Shown here in pieces: positions 1 through 7,670 of a stretch of DNA of 51,325 bases. Source of the DNA: Eubacteriales bacterium (GTDB taxonomy: Bacteria; Bacillota; Clostridia; Oscillospirales; CAG-272). The stretch's first letter is position 1; every line of letters starts with the position of its first letter. The notes below the pieces were generated by a model. It did not search any database and was not told where the DNA came from. It saw only the letters and a program-made list of their open reading frames with translations. The position numbers were made by a program, and so were the translations under genes. The stretch lies in contig JAZRDG010000097.1 of the NCBI GenBank assembly GCA_045660125.1, positions 1 through 51,325 on the forward strand. The letters run 5' to 3'.

Positions 1-153
1 TACGAGCTGGGTCTATAAGCCAATATATAATACATAGCTTCGTTTACAACCATGGCGTTAAAAGTCCGGTAGGCGCGGACAACCAAGCCCATCACAACGC
101 CTCTCATTCGACCCTTGTCCTTCGCGAAGCGAGGAAGTGGTCACGAATCCGCC

Positions 154-185
154 AAAAACCCGAAAGCAAATGCTTTCGGGTTTTT
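154..185 (+). terminator. Rho-independent, bidirectional-type terminator hairpin
   Basis: A5 run, stem CCCGAAAGC/GCTTTCGGG with a 4-nt loop, then T5. Lies immediately before hairpin array 1. No convincing ORF upstream within the window. Confidence 0.6.
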
Positions 186-340
186 CATTTGTGCCGCAGG
201 CACAACATCACTTGCACGTAAGGGCAACTTCATTGCCGCCCTGCGCGGCACAAATGAACGATGTTGAGGCTTTGCCTCAAATGAAGTTGCCTTCGGCAAA
301 TGATGTTGGCTTCGCCAAATGAAGTTGCGCTTCGCGCAAA
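186..340. repeat. Hairpin array 1: variable short hairpins separated by a constant word, mirrored orientation
   Basis: Hairpins: 189-205 (TTGTGCC gca GGCACAA), 212-227 (imperfect), 234-250 (TGCCGC/GCGGCA), 264-280 (TTGAGGC ttt GCCTCAA), 287-299 (TTGCC ttc GGCAA), 306-318 (TTGGC ttc GCCAA), 325-339 (TTGCGC ttc GCGCAA). Word (C)TTCATT(T) at 184-190 and 228-234. Its reverse complement AAATGA(A/T)(G) at 252-258, 279-286, 298-305 and 317-324. Confidence 0.85.
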
Positions 341-402
341 CGGACACGCCCACTCCGCAACTTCACCGCGCCATAAGCGCAAACCGCAGACGCAAATCCA
401 CC

Positions 403-431
403 TTGCACACCCCGCGAAGTTGTGATATAAT
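403..431 (+). promoter_or_regulatory. SigmaA-type promoter with extended -10 and no obvious gene
   Basis: TTGCAC (403-408), 17-nt spacer, TGaTATAAT (-10 at 426-431). Followed only by a 12-codon ORF (455-493) before the AraC promoter. Confidence 0.5.
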
Positions 432-521
432 AGCCCCAAGAAAGGCGGTGTAAAATGAGAAACCGCACCAAGCGAGTCGGTTTGAGTTTATGATTGTGCT
501 ATTTTTGTCGCCGTGCATGCT

Positions 522-550
522 TTGACAGATGCTTTACGGTATGTTAAAAT
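522..550 (+). promoter_or_regulatory. SigmaA-type promoter of the AraC-family gene
   Basis: TTGACA (522-527), 17-nt spacer, TAAAAT (545-550), about 40 nt upstream of the ATG at 590. Confidence 0.6.
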
Positions 551-589
551 AAATCAATGAGCTCATCCTTAGCAAGAAAGGAATCTATT

Positions 590-1435
590 ATGCAATATTC
601 CCCCGATCTGATCCGCATCTCCACAGAGCTTGAGGCAGACCCACAGAAGTTCTCGCTGTATCTTGTGCACGCAGACGCTTTTTCCTGTGAGCTATCCGAG
701 GTTCGGTGCTATCTCAACGGCTACACGCTCCTATGCCTGAACAACACCGACACCATCAAGGTGCACGGCGGCACGGGCGACGTGCTGGGCTTTTGCTTCC
801 GCCCCGATTTTTATAACATCGGGCTGAGTCGCACGGTCATTGAGAGTGACCGCTATCCCGACCTTCGTGCCAGATACAGTTATCCCGATTTTCACCTGTT
901 TCTGACGCGCGACGAGCGGTATTGCGGGGTTCTCCCCCTGACAGCCGATGCCTACCGCTCCCTGCTCGCCCATTTTCGCGCCGCCGAGCAGTTCATTCGT
1001 GCGCACGGCACCGACCCCATGTGGTCCTGCCACGCCCGTTCACAGCTCATTTCGGTCATGTGCCTTGCCGAAAGTGCCTATCAGGGCAAGCAAACGGGAG
1101 GCGAGGACGACATTGTCCGCTACATCAGAGAGCACGCCGAGCGTCCCATGTCGGTGGAATCCCTTTGCCGTATGTTCAACACCAACCGCACGACACTGAC
1201 CAAAACCATCAAAGCCGCAACGGGACTGCCACCCATGCAGTTCGTTTTGGAGGAACGGCTCAACCAAAGCCGCCCCGATCTGCTGTTCACCTCGCTCCCT
1301 ATTGGCTTTATCGCCATGAAATACGGCTTTTCCGATGCAAACTACTACATCCGTGCATTCAAGCAACGGTTTGGGCAATCCCCCCTGCAATTCCGCAACG
1401 AGCAAATTGAAAAGTGGCACGCCAACAAAGAATGA
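590..1435 (+). CDS. AraC-family transcriptional regulator
   Basis: C-terminal double-HTH AraC signature (IREHAERPMSVESLCRMFNTNRTTLTKTIK...GFSDANYYIRAFKQRFGQSPLQFR). The ATG at 590 has SD AAGAAAGGAA 8 nt upstream. The ORF track starts earlier, at 557. Confidence 0.85.
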   Translation: MQYSPDLIRISTELEADPQKFSLYLVHADAFSCELSEVRCYLNGYTLLCLNNTDTIKVHGGTGDVLGFCFRPDFYNIGLSRTVIESDRYPDLRARYSYPDFHLFLTRDERYCGVLPLTADAYRSLLAHFRAAEQFIRAHGTDPMWSCHARSQLISVMCLAESAYQGKQTGGEDDIVRYIREHAERPMSVESLCRMFNTNRTTLTKTIKAATGLPPMQFVLEERLNQSRPDLLFTSLPIGFIAMKYGFSDANYYIRAFKQRFGQSPLQFRNEQIEKWHANKE

Positions 1436-1447
1436 TAAGGAGTTTTC

Positions 1448-2083
1448 ATGAACAACCGTTATAACACAACTTCGTCCGATACCTACTCCCCCGAAAAGCC
1501 CAATTACGTCAGAACCGCCGTACACGCATTTTTCTACATAATCGTCTACCATATAGCCACCTATCTGCTGTACGCCATTCTCATGAGTCCCTTGGAAAAT
1601 CAGATGGTGGGCGATGGCTATGAACCGCGCTACCGCTTTGTGATGTTCGCCTTTTCGCTTCTCACCTTAGCCATACTTTCCATCGTCATGATTACGGTTT
1701 ACTTTAAGGACGGCTCACGCAAGCGCGCCTATCTTGCCGCCACATCGGTAGAGCTGCGCGGGAAAGAGAATGCGGCAGAAGGAGCAATCCGCTACCGCAA
1801 AACCGCGCTTGTAGAGTCAGTTGTCTCCACCGCACTCCCCGCCGTTCTATGGCTGATCCCCGCCCTTTTTTACACCGTTTCCCTGAGCATGTCCGGCTAT
1901 GGCTACGGCTACGCACAGGCTTGGGGGATCGAGAACTTTTTCATTGGCGCGGTGGGACTGTTCCAGCCCTTCCAAAACGCCCTTATAGGTTGGCTTCTGG
2001 GCGTTGGAATGCTGTTCTGCGTTCACTATTTCGGGCGCATTGCCGCTCATAAGAGCTGGGAAGATAACCGCATTCGCCATTGA
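1448..2083 (+). CDS. Polytopic membrane protein, function unknown
   Basis: SD TAAGGAG 6 nt upstream. Several hydrophobic helices (FFYIIVYHIATYLLYAIL, FAFSLLTLAILSIVMITVYF, LPAVLWLIPALFYTV, LIGWLLGVGMLFCVHYF). Coding-like composition. Confidence 0.7.
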   Translation: MNNRYNTTSSDTYSPEKPNYVRTAVHAFFYIIVYHIATYLLYAILMSPLENQMVGDGYEPRYRFVMFAFSLLTLAILSIVMITVYFKDGSRKRAYLAATSVELRGKENAAEGAIRYRKTALVESVVSTALPAVLWLIPALFYTVSLSMSGYGYGYAQAWGIENFFIGAVGLFQPFQNALIGWLLGVGMLFCVHYFGRIAAHKSWEDNRIRH

Positions 2084-2319
2084 GCAGATATCAAGGGGGC
2101 GAGATTACGTATCATCTTGAAAAGTTCGGCAGGATCCTATTGGAGCTGCGCAAGGAGCGCGGCTGGACACAAAGTACGTTGGCGAAAAAGATGAACCTTT
2201 CTGCACAGTCGGTTTCCAAATGGGAACGCGGCACAAGCTACCCCGATATTGAGTTATTCCCGGTTCTTGCCGAGATTTTTGATGTGGACATAGGCGTTCT
2301 GTTCGGAAAGGATATATGA
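2080..2319 (+). CDS. XRE-family helix-turn-helix transcriptional regulator (small)
   Basis: HTH_3-like motif LRKERGWTQSTLAKKMNLSAQSVSKWERGTSYPDIELFPVLAEIFDV. The TTG start overlaps the upstream stop. The exact start is uncertain (an ATT at 2104 after AAGGGGG is possible). Confidence 0.75.
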   Translation: MSRYQGGEITYHLEKFGRILLELRKERGWTQSTLAKKMNLSAQSVSKWERGTSYPDIELFPVLAEIFDVDIGVLFGKDI

Positions 2320-2351
2320 AAAAAGCACTTGCCCAAGGCAAGTGCTTTTTT
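2319..2351 (+). terminator. Rho-independent bidirectional-type terminator
   Basis: A6, stem AGCACTTGCC/GGCAAGTGCT with loop CAA, then T6. The stem arms are the same as those of the terminator at 51086-51117. Confidence 0.85.
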
Positions 2352-2446
2352 CTATCCAAGCCGCAGGCTTGGTATATCATCCGCCGCAAGGCGGTATATC
2401 ATCAAAGGCGGCACGCCGCCTTTGTATATCATCACGGCAACGCCGT
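2352..2446. repeat. Hairpin array 2: constant word TATATCAT(C) alternating with variable perfect hairpins
   Basis: Word at 2373-2380, 2395-2403 and 2425-2433. Hairpins: 2356-2372 (CCAAGCC gca GGCTTGG), 2381-2394 (CCGCC gcaa GGCGG), 2404-2423 (AAAGGCGG cacg CCGCCTTT), 2434-2446 (ACGGC aac GCCGT). Confidence 0.85.
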
Positions 2447-2579
2447 GCATAAAACCTCCTTTGGCACATTTTTTATTATAATATAATGATGATTTTTTCA
2501 TATGTTCACAGGCAATTTACAATTTTATGATATGATGTATTCTGTATAGTTTTGAAAACTTTTGAAAGGATCTATGATC

Positions 2580-3662
2580 ATGATAAAAATCGAACATCTG
2601 GTAAAAAACTACGGCTCTAACTGCGCTGTGGACGATATCAGCTTCTCGGTGGAATCCGGTGAGATCGTGGGCTTCCTGGGCCCCAACGGTGCCGGCAAAT
2701 CCACGACAATGAACATTCTGACCGGCTATCTCTCGGGTACGTCGGGTAAGGTATCCATCGACGGCATCGACATTCTTGCCGACCCCTTGGGTGCAAAAAA
2801 GCTGATCGGTTACTTGCCCGAACAGCCTCCCCTCTACCTTGACATGACGGTGGACGAATACCTGAATTTTGCTTACGAGCTCAAGGGCTGCAAGCTGCCC
2901 CGCGGCGAGCATATTGCAGAGGTATGCGAGGTCGTCAAGATCGGTGACGTGCGCAAGCGTGTCATCCGTAACCTCTCCAAGGGCTATCGCCAGAGAGTCG
3001 GCATTGCGCAGGCGCTGATCGGCACCCCCAAGGTCATTATCTTTGACGAGCCCACCATCGGCCTTGACCCCAAGCAGATCATTGAGATCCGTAACCTGAT
3101 CAGAACGCTGGGCAAGGGTCACACGGTCATTCTCTCCACGCACATCCTGCAGGAGGTGCAGGCGGTTTGCGACAGAATCGTGATCATCAACAAGGGCAAG
3201 ATCGTAGCGGACGAGCTGACCGAAAACATTTCCCGTGCGGTCGAGAACATCCGCCGCTTTAACGTCAAGATCTGCGGTCCTTCCCGTGAGGTGCTCTCGG
3301 CTATCAAGAGCATGAGCGGCATTGCTTACGCTGAGGTGCTGGCTGAGCGCGACGGCGAGGCTTATACTTACATGATCGAAAGCGAATACGGCGTTGACGT
3401 GCGCAAGAAGCTGTTCTACACCATGGCAGAGCGCGGCTGGGCGATCATTGGCCTGGAAGCGCTTGGCATGAGCCTTGAGGACATCTTTATTACGGTTGTG
3501 GACAAGTCTGCGGACGAGCGACTGAACAAGCCCGGCAGAACCGTGCGCCGCCGCTCTGGCACCAAGGACGCCCTGGAAAAGCAGGTGGCAGAGACCATGC
3601 TGCAGGAGGGCGCTGAAAAGCGTGCCGCTGCCGACGCAACCGAAATTGAGGACGAGGAATAA
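2580..3662 (+). CDS. ABC transporter ATP-binding protein (GldA-like, ABC-2 subfamily) with charged C-terminal tail
   Basis: Walker A GPNGAGKST, signature LSKGYRQRVGIAQAL, Walker B VIIFDEP. SD GAAAGGA lies 9 nt before the ATG at 2580 (ATG at 2574 is an alternative; the ORF track TTG is at 2562). Confidence 0.9.
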   Translation: MIKIEHLVKNYGSNCAVDDISFSVESGEIVGFLGPNGAGKSTTMNILTGYLSGTSGKVSIDGIDILADPLGAKKLIGYLPEQPPLYLDMTVDEYLNFAYELKGCKLPRGEHIAEVCEVVKIGDVRKRVIRNLSKGYRQRVGIAQALIGTPKVIIFDEPTIGLDPKQIIEIRNLIRTLGKGHTVILSTHILQEVQAVCDRIVIINKGKIVADELTENISRAVENIRRFNVKICGPSREVLSAIKSMSGIAYAEVLAERDGEAYTYMIESEYGVDVRKKLFYTMAERGWAIIGLEALGMSLEDIFITVVDKSADERLNKPGRTVRRRSGTKDALEKQVAETMLQEGAEKRAAADATEIEDEE

Positions 3663-3717
3663 AGTCCCCGCCACTAAAAATTCGAAAGGAGAACGGCTTT
3701 TCGCCGTGTAAAACAAT

Positions 3718-4464
3718 ATGCTTGCCATCTATAAAAAGGAGATGCGCTCTTATTTCATCAATCCCATCGGATACGTGTTTGCGGGTGTATTCTTCATCAT
3801 GTCGGCACTGCTGTGCTGCTACACCACCATCGTATCCTCCAGCTACGATACCTCCACCTACTTTATGACCCTGATCTTTGCCTTTATCATTCTCATTCCG
3901 CTCCTTACCATGCGTCTGTTTGCGGAAGAGAGAAAGCTGCGTACCGAGCAGCTTTTAATGACCGCCCCCGTTTCGATCACGGGCATGGTCATGGGCAAGT
4001 TCTTGGCAGCTCTGACGCTGTTTGCGTCTTCCCTGTTGATCTCCTGCATCAACTTCATTCCGATCTACGCATTTGCATCGGTTGAGCGCGGCAGCGAGTC
4101 GTACAACACCACCCACATCGGCCCCGTAACCGGTCAGGTCGTAGGCTGCCTTGTAGGCATTCTGCTGATCGGCGCAGCATTCATCGCAATCGGCACGTTT
4201 ATCTCGGCACTGACCGAAAACCAGCTTGCCGCTGCGGTTGTAACCATCTCGGTCATTCTGGGCATGGTGCTTTTGAGCTTTGTCAATACCCTGATCGACA
4301 ACTACGTCATTCGCTTTGTGGTTGACTGGTTCTCGGTTCTCAGCCGCTTCAACACCTTCAGCTACGGTCTGTTTGACTTCTCCGCACTGCTCTATTACCT
4401 CTCCCTGACCTTCGTATTCCTGTTCTTGACCGTCAGAGTATACGAAAAGCGCCGTTGGGGCTGA
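3718..4464 (+). CDS. ABC-2 type transporter permease (GldF-like)
   Basis: N-terminus MLAIYKKEMRSYFINPIGYVFAGVFF is typical of ABC-2 permeases. Six hydrophobic segments. Follows the ATPase directly. Confidence 0.85.
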   Translation: MLAIYKKEMRSYFINPIGYVFAGVFFIMSALLCCYTTIVSSSYDTSTYFMTLIFAFIILIPLLTMRLFAEERKLRTEQLLMTAPVSITGMVMGKFLAALTLFASSLLISCINFIPIYAFASVERGSESYNTTHIGPVTGQVVGCLVGILLIGAAFIAIGTFISALTENQLAAAVVTISVILGMVLLSFVNTLIDNYVIRFVVDWFSVLSRFNTFSYGLFDFSALLYYLSLTFVFLFLTVRVYEKRRWG

Positions 4465-4482
4465 TACGGAGGATAGCGCACA

Positions 4483-6021
4483 ATGAGAAGAACAGCGACA
4501 AGCCGCCGCTTTCGCTATGGCTCTTTGTCCGTGGTGCTGACGATTTTCGTCATTGCCGTGGTCGTGATGGTCAACGTCATTTTCCAGACGCTTGCAACGC
4601 GCTATTCCTGGTTCGTTGACATGACCTCCTCGGGCACGTTTACACTTTCGGACGATTGCCGCGATTACGTGGCGCAAAGCATCATCCCGCAAATTGACGC
4701 GGACAACGCGGGACTGAGCCAAAAGCAAAAGATCCGCATCATCTTCTGCGACGACAAGGCAGCGTGGGAAGAGCAGACTGTGCAGCAGTACCTGCTCAAC
4801 ACCGCCCGTGAGCTTGCAGAGGAGTTCCCCGATCACATTGAGATCGAGTACATCAACATCTGGAATCACCCCTCTCTTGCCAAGAAGTACAACGTGTATG
4901 CAGACACCAACGTGGTCATTGCATACGGTGAGAGATTCGTGCTGCGCCCCTTGAACGATTTTTACGTTTTCAACAGCGCAGACCAGGAGACCCCCATTGC
5001 TTATAACGGCGAAAAGAGCCTGGCTACGGGTATTTTGCACGTAGCACAAAAGGAAACGCCCATGGCGTACCTGACCGTCAACCACGGTGAGACCATGTAC
5101 GACAACGCGTTCCTCAACCTGCTGACCGATGCAGGCTACCGCTACACCTACCTTGACCTGATGAACTTTGATATCCCGACGGATTGCGAGCTGCTGGTAA
5201 CCTACAATCCCACCAAGGACTTTGCAATCAACGACGGTATCTCCGTCAAGGACGAGATCGCCAAGCTGGACGCTTACATGCAGGCGGGCGGCGCGTATAT
5301 GGTATTCGTCAACTCGGATACCTTCGTATCCGGCAGCTTTGTCAATTTCGAGACCTTCCTGGAGGGCTGGGGCATTGACTTTATGCACTCCGAGGTGGCA
5401 GGCATTGAGCACTGCTACACGGTAAAGGACACCTCGCAATCGCTCTCGGTTGACGGCTACACGCTGCTTGGCAGCTACACCACCAACCAGCGCGGCGCAA
5501 GCATTGCACAGGCTGCGGGCTACAGCCCCATGGTATTTGCGGGCGCGACCTGCATTTCCCCCGCGCAAGGCTTTACCGCAAGCGCAGACGGCACCTTCCA
5601 GAAGGACGGCTGCACGCTCTCTCCCATTCTGACCTCGGGTGAAAACGCACAGGCATGGGCAGGCGGCAAGGCAGTTGCAAGCGCCTCTGCAACCGATCCC
5701 TTTATCATGATGACGCTTTCCGAAAAGACGGTCGAGGGCGGTACGGGCTACATTCTCGCCTGCACCTCCACCAAGTTTGCAGACGAGGACGCGCTCAACT
5801 CCCCCGTTTACGGCAACTCGGGCGTGCTGCTTTCCTCGATTGAGACCATCGGCAACGACCGTATTCCCACGGCGCTGACCTCCAAGCCCTTTGCGGATTC
5901 CACCATTGATACCATCACGGTGGCGCAAAAGACCTACATTACCGTGCTGCTGGCAACCGTTCCTGCACTGATCGCTTGCGCTGCGGGCATGATCGTTCTC
6001 ATAAGGAGGAAGCACGCATGA
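4483..6021 (+). CDS. GldG-like ABC transporter auxiliary protein (ABC_transp_aux type), copy 1
   Basis: SD GGAGGA. N-terminal TM (SLSVVLTIFVIAVVVMVNVIF), large hydrophilic body and C-terminal TM (VLLATVPALIACAAGMIVLIRRK). Operon position after the ABC-2 permease. Confidence 0.75.
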   Translation: MRRTATSRRFRYGSLSVVLTIFVIAVVVMVNVIFQTLATRYSWFVDMTSSGTFTLSDDCRDYVAQSIIPQIDADNAGLSQKQKIRIIFCDDKAAWEEQTVQQYLLNTARELAEEFPDHIEIEYINIWNHPSLAKKYNVYADTNVVIAYGERFVLRPLNDFYVFNSADQETPIAYNGEKSLATGILHVAQKETPMAYLTVNHGETMYDNAFLNLLTDAGYRYTYLDLMNFDIPTDCELLVTYNPTKDFAINDGISVKDEIAKLDAYMQAGGAYMVFVNSDTFVSGSFVNFETFLEGWGIDFMHSEVAGIEHCYTVKDTSQSLSVDGYTLLGSYTTNQRGASIAQAAGYSPMVFAGATCISPAQGFTASADGTFQKDGCTLSPILTSGENAQAWAGGKAVASASATDPFIMMTLSEKTVEGGTGYILACTSTKFADEDALNSPVYGNSGVLLSSIETIGNDRIPTALTSKPFADSTIDTITVAQKTYITVLLATVPALIACAAGMIVLIRRKHA

Positions 6022-7670
6022 TGCATAAGTTTACCAAAAAGACTGTATTTTACGCTGTGACCGTGCTGGTCATTGCTTGCGTGCTGCTGCTCAACGCCGG
6101 CTTCCACGCACTTGCCACCAAGGGACTTTGGTTTATTGACTTTGCCATTCCCCGCTACCTTTCCATGGAAGGCACGCTTTACACGGTTTCGGATTCCTGT
6201 ATCGATCTGCTTGACCAAAACCTGCCCCACGCCGTTGATACCATCAACGCGCAAAGAGAGGCAAAGGGTGAAGAGCCCTTGAAGGTTGAGATCATTTTCT
6301 GTACCGATCCCGACACCCTGAACGACAACCAATACACCCGCTACATTCACTACACCGCGCTGGGTCTGCAAAAGGAGTTTTCCGACTATATTGACGTGCA
6401 GTACATCAACATCGTCAAGAACCCCTCTGCAATTCAGAAGTTCAAGGCAACCAGCGCAACCAACATCTACTCCTCCAACGTCATCGTTTCGTTCGGTACA
6501 GAGTACCGCGTATTCACGGTTGACGCACTCTTCACCTCCAACGATGCCTCGTCCACCGATTTCTGGGCATACAACGGTGAAAAGAAGCTGACCTCGGGCA
6601 TTCTGGCGGTCACGCGTGCCGAATCCCCCATTGCCTGCCTGACCACCAACCACGGCGAGCAGTTTGAGGGATACAACGAATTTATGAACCTGATCGAAGC
6701 CGCCGGCTTTGAGGTGCAGACGCTGGATCTGGAAAACCAGGAAATTCCCGAAAACTGCCGCTTGATCATCACCATGGCGCCGCAGACCGACTTCTTTGGT
6801 GATGCAAACGACGATCACGATGAGATCGACAAGCTGGACGCATTCCTTGACAAGGCGTACTCCTTCCTGTACGTCTGCGACCCCGACACCCCCGAGCTGC
6901 CCAACCTTGAGGAGTATCTGGAATTCTGGGGCATTACGCAGGCGCGCAAGACCGACAGCGCAGGTGTGAGCGAAAACTACCTCTTGCAGGACACCGAAGC
7001 CAACGTGGACGGCGAGGGCTTTGCGCTGATTGGCACCTACGAAACGCTTGGCAAGGGCGCATCCTTTACCACCGACCTGCGCGGCGAAGGATATCCCCCT
7101 ACCGTCATTTTTGACCAGGCAACCGCCATCAAGCCCGCAGAAAACTACAAGCCCACCTACGTGCTGGAGGACGAAACCACAGGCACACAGGCTTATATGT
7201 ACTATTCCTACCGCTCCAACGGTATTTCGCGTACCATGCACAACGTCTTTACCGCTCCCGCAACCGCTAACGGTATGGTAGACGGTAAGGTGCACGAGGC
7301 AGCAGGTCAGTACCCCTTCAGCGTTATGACGCTGACCGTGGAAAACCGCACCACGCAGGAAACCAACTACTCGGTAGCGCAAGAGCCCTCGTACGTTTGC
7401 TGCATCGCATCGACCGAATTTCTGTCTGACACGGTGCTGGCATCCGATGCGTACGGCAACGCTGACGTAGTGCTTGGCACGCTGCGCTCCATGGGTCGCG
7501 AGGTCATTCCCGTTACGCTGGAATTCAAGGCGTTCATGGTCTATGACATTGCAGAAGCGGTTACCGCCAAAAACAACCCCATGCCCATTATGATCGCGCT
7601 TGCCGCAGTTCCCGCTCTGATCTGCTTCGGCGTTGGTATTTTCAAAAACGTCAGGAGAAAATATTTATGA
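6018..7670 (+). CDS. GldG-like ABC transporter auxiliary protein, copy 2
   Basis: The ATG at 6018 overlaps the upstream TGA (ATGA), with SD AGGAGG 8 nt upstream. Same N-TM/body/C-TM architecture and alignable motifs (YNGEK...L/TSGIL, NHGE) with copy 1. Confidence 0.75.
   Translation: MMHKFTKKTVFYAVTVLVIACVLLLNAGFHALATKGLWFIDFAIPRYLSMEGTLYTVSDSCIDLLDQNLPHAVDTINAQREAKGEEPLKVEIIFCTDPDTLNDNQYTRYIHYTALGLQKEFSDYIDVQYINIVKNPSAIQKFKATSATNIYSSNVIVSFGTEYRVFTVDALFTSNDASSTDFWAYNGEKKLTSGILAVTRAESPIACLTTNHGEQFEGYNEFMNLIEAAGFEVQTLDLENQEIPENCRLIITMAPQTDFFGDANDDHDEIDKLDAFLDKAYSFLYVCDPDTPELPNLEEYLEFWGITQARKTDSAGVSENYLLQDTEANVDGEGFALIGTYETLGKGASFTTDLRGEGYPPTVIFDQATAIKPAENYKPTYVLEDETTGTQAYMYYSYRSNGISRTMHNVFTAPATANGMVDGKVHEAAGQYPFSVMTLTVENRTTQETNYSVAQEPSYVCCIASTEFLSDTVLASDAYGNADVVLGTLRSMGREVIPVTLEFKAFMVYDIAEAVTAKNNPMPIMIALAAVPALICFGVGIFKNVRRKYL

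Noticed and set aside
1-153. Non-coding left edge, which might be the 3' part of a structured RNA (RNase P, tmRNA, riboswitch, group II intron) ending at the terminator at 154-185.
   Set aside because: I could not match any conserved core, such as a tRNA-like end, the RNase P P4 strand, T-box, or intron domains V/VI. The segment is truncated by the window edge, so it is left unassigned.
186-340. Possibility that the three hairpin arrays (186-340, 2352-2446 and 51118-51300) are CRISPR arrays.
   Set aside because: The constant element is only 7-9 nt, the variable elements are 11-21-nt palindromes, the period is about 18-30 nt, and there are no cas genes or leader. This is the opposite logic to a CRISPR.
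137-471. Four overlapping 61-70-aa ORFs across hairpin array 1.
   Set aside because: The frames stay open only because the repeat units lack stop codons. There is no SD, the frames overlap in all directions, and the peptide repeats are not kept in frame.
2447-2561. Promoter for the Gld-type ABC operon in the AT-rich spacer. Candidates are TTGGCA-15-TATAAT at 2461-2487 and TTCACA-17-TGATAT near 2505-2533.
   Set aside because: Neither candidate has good spacing together with good hexamers, so I could not choose between them without transcript data and did not annotate one.
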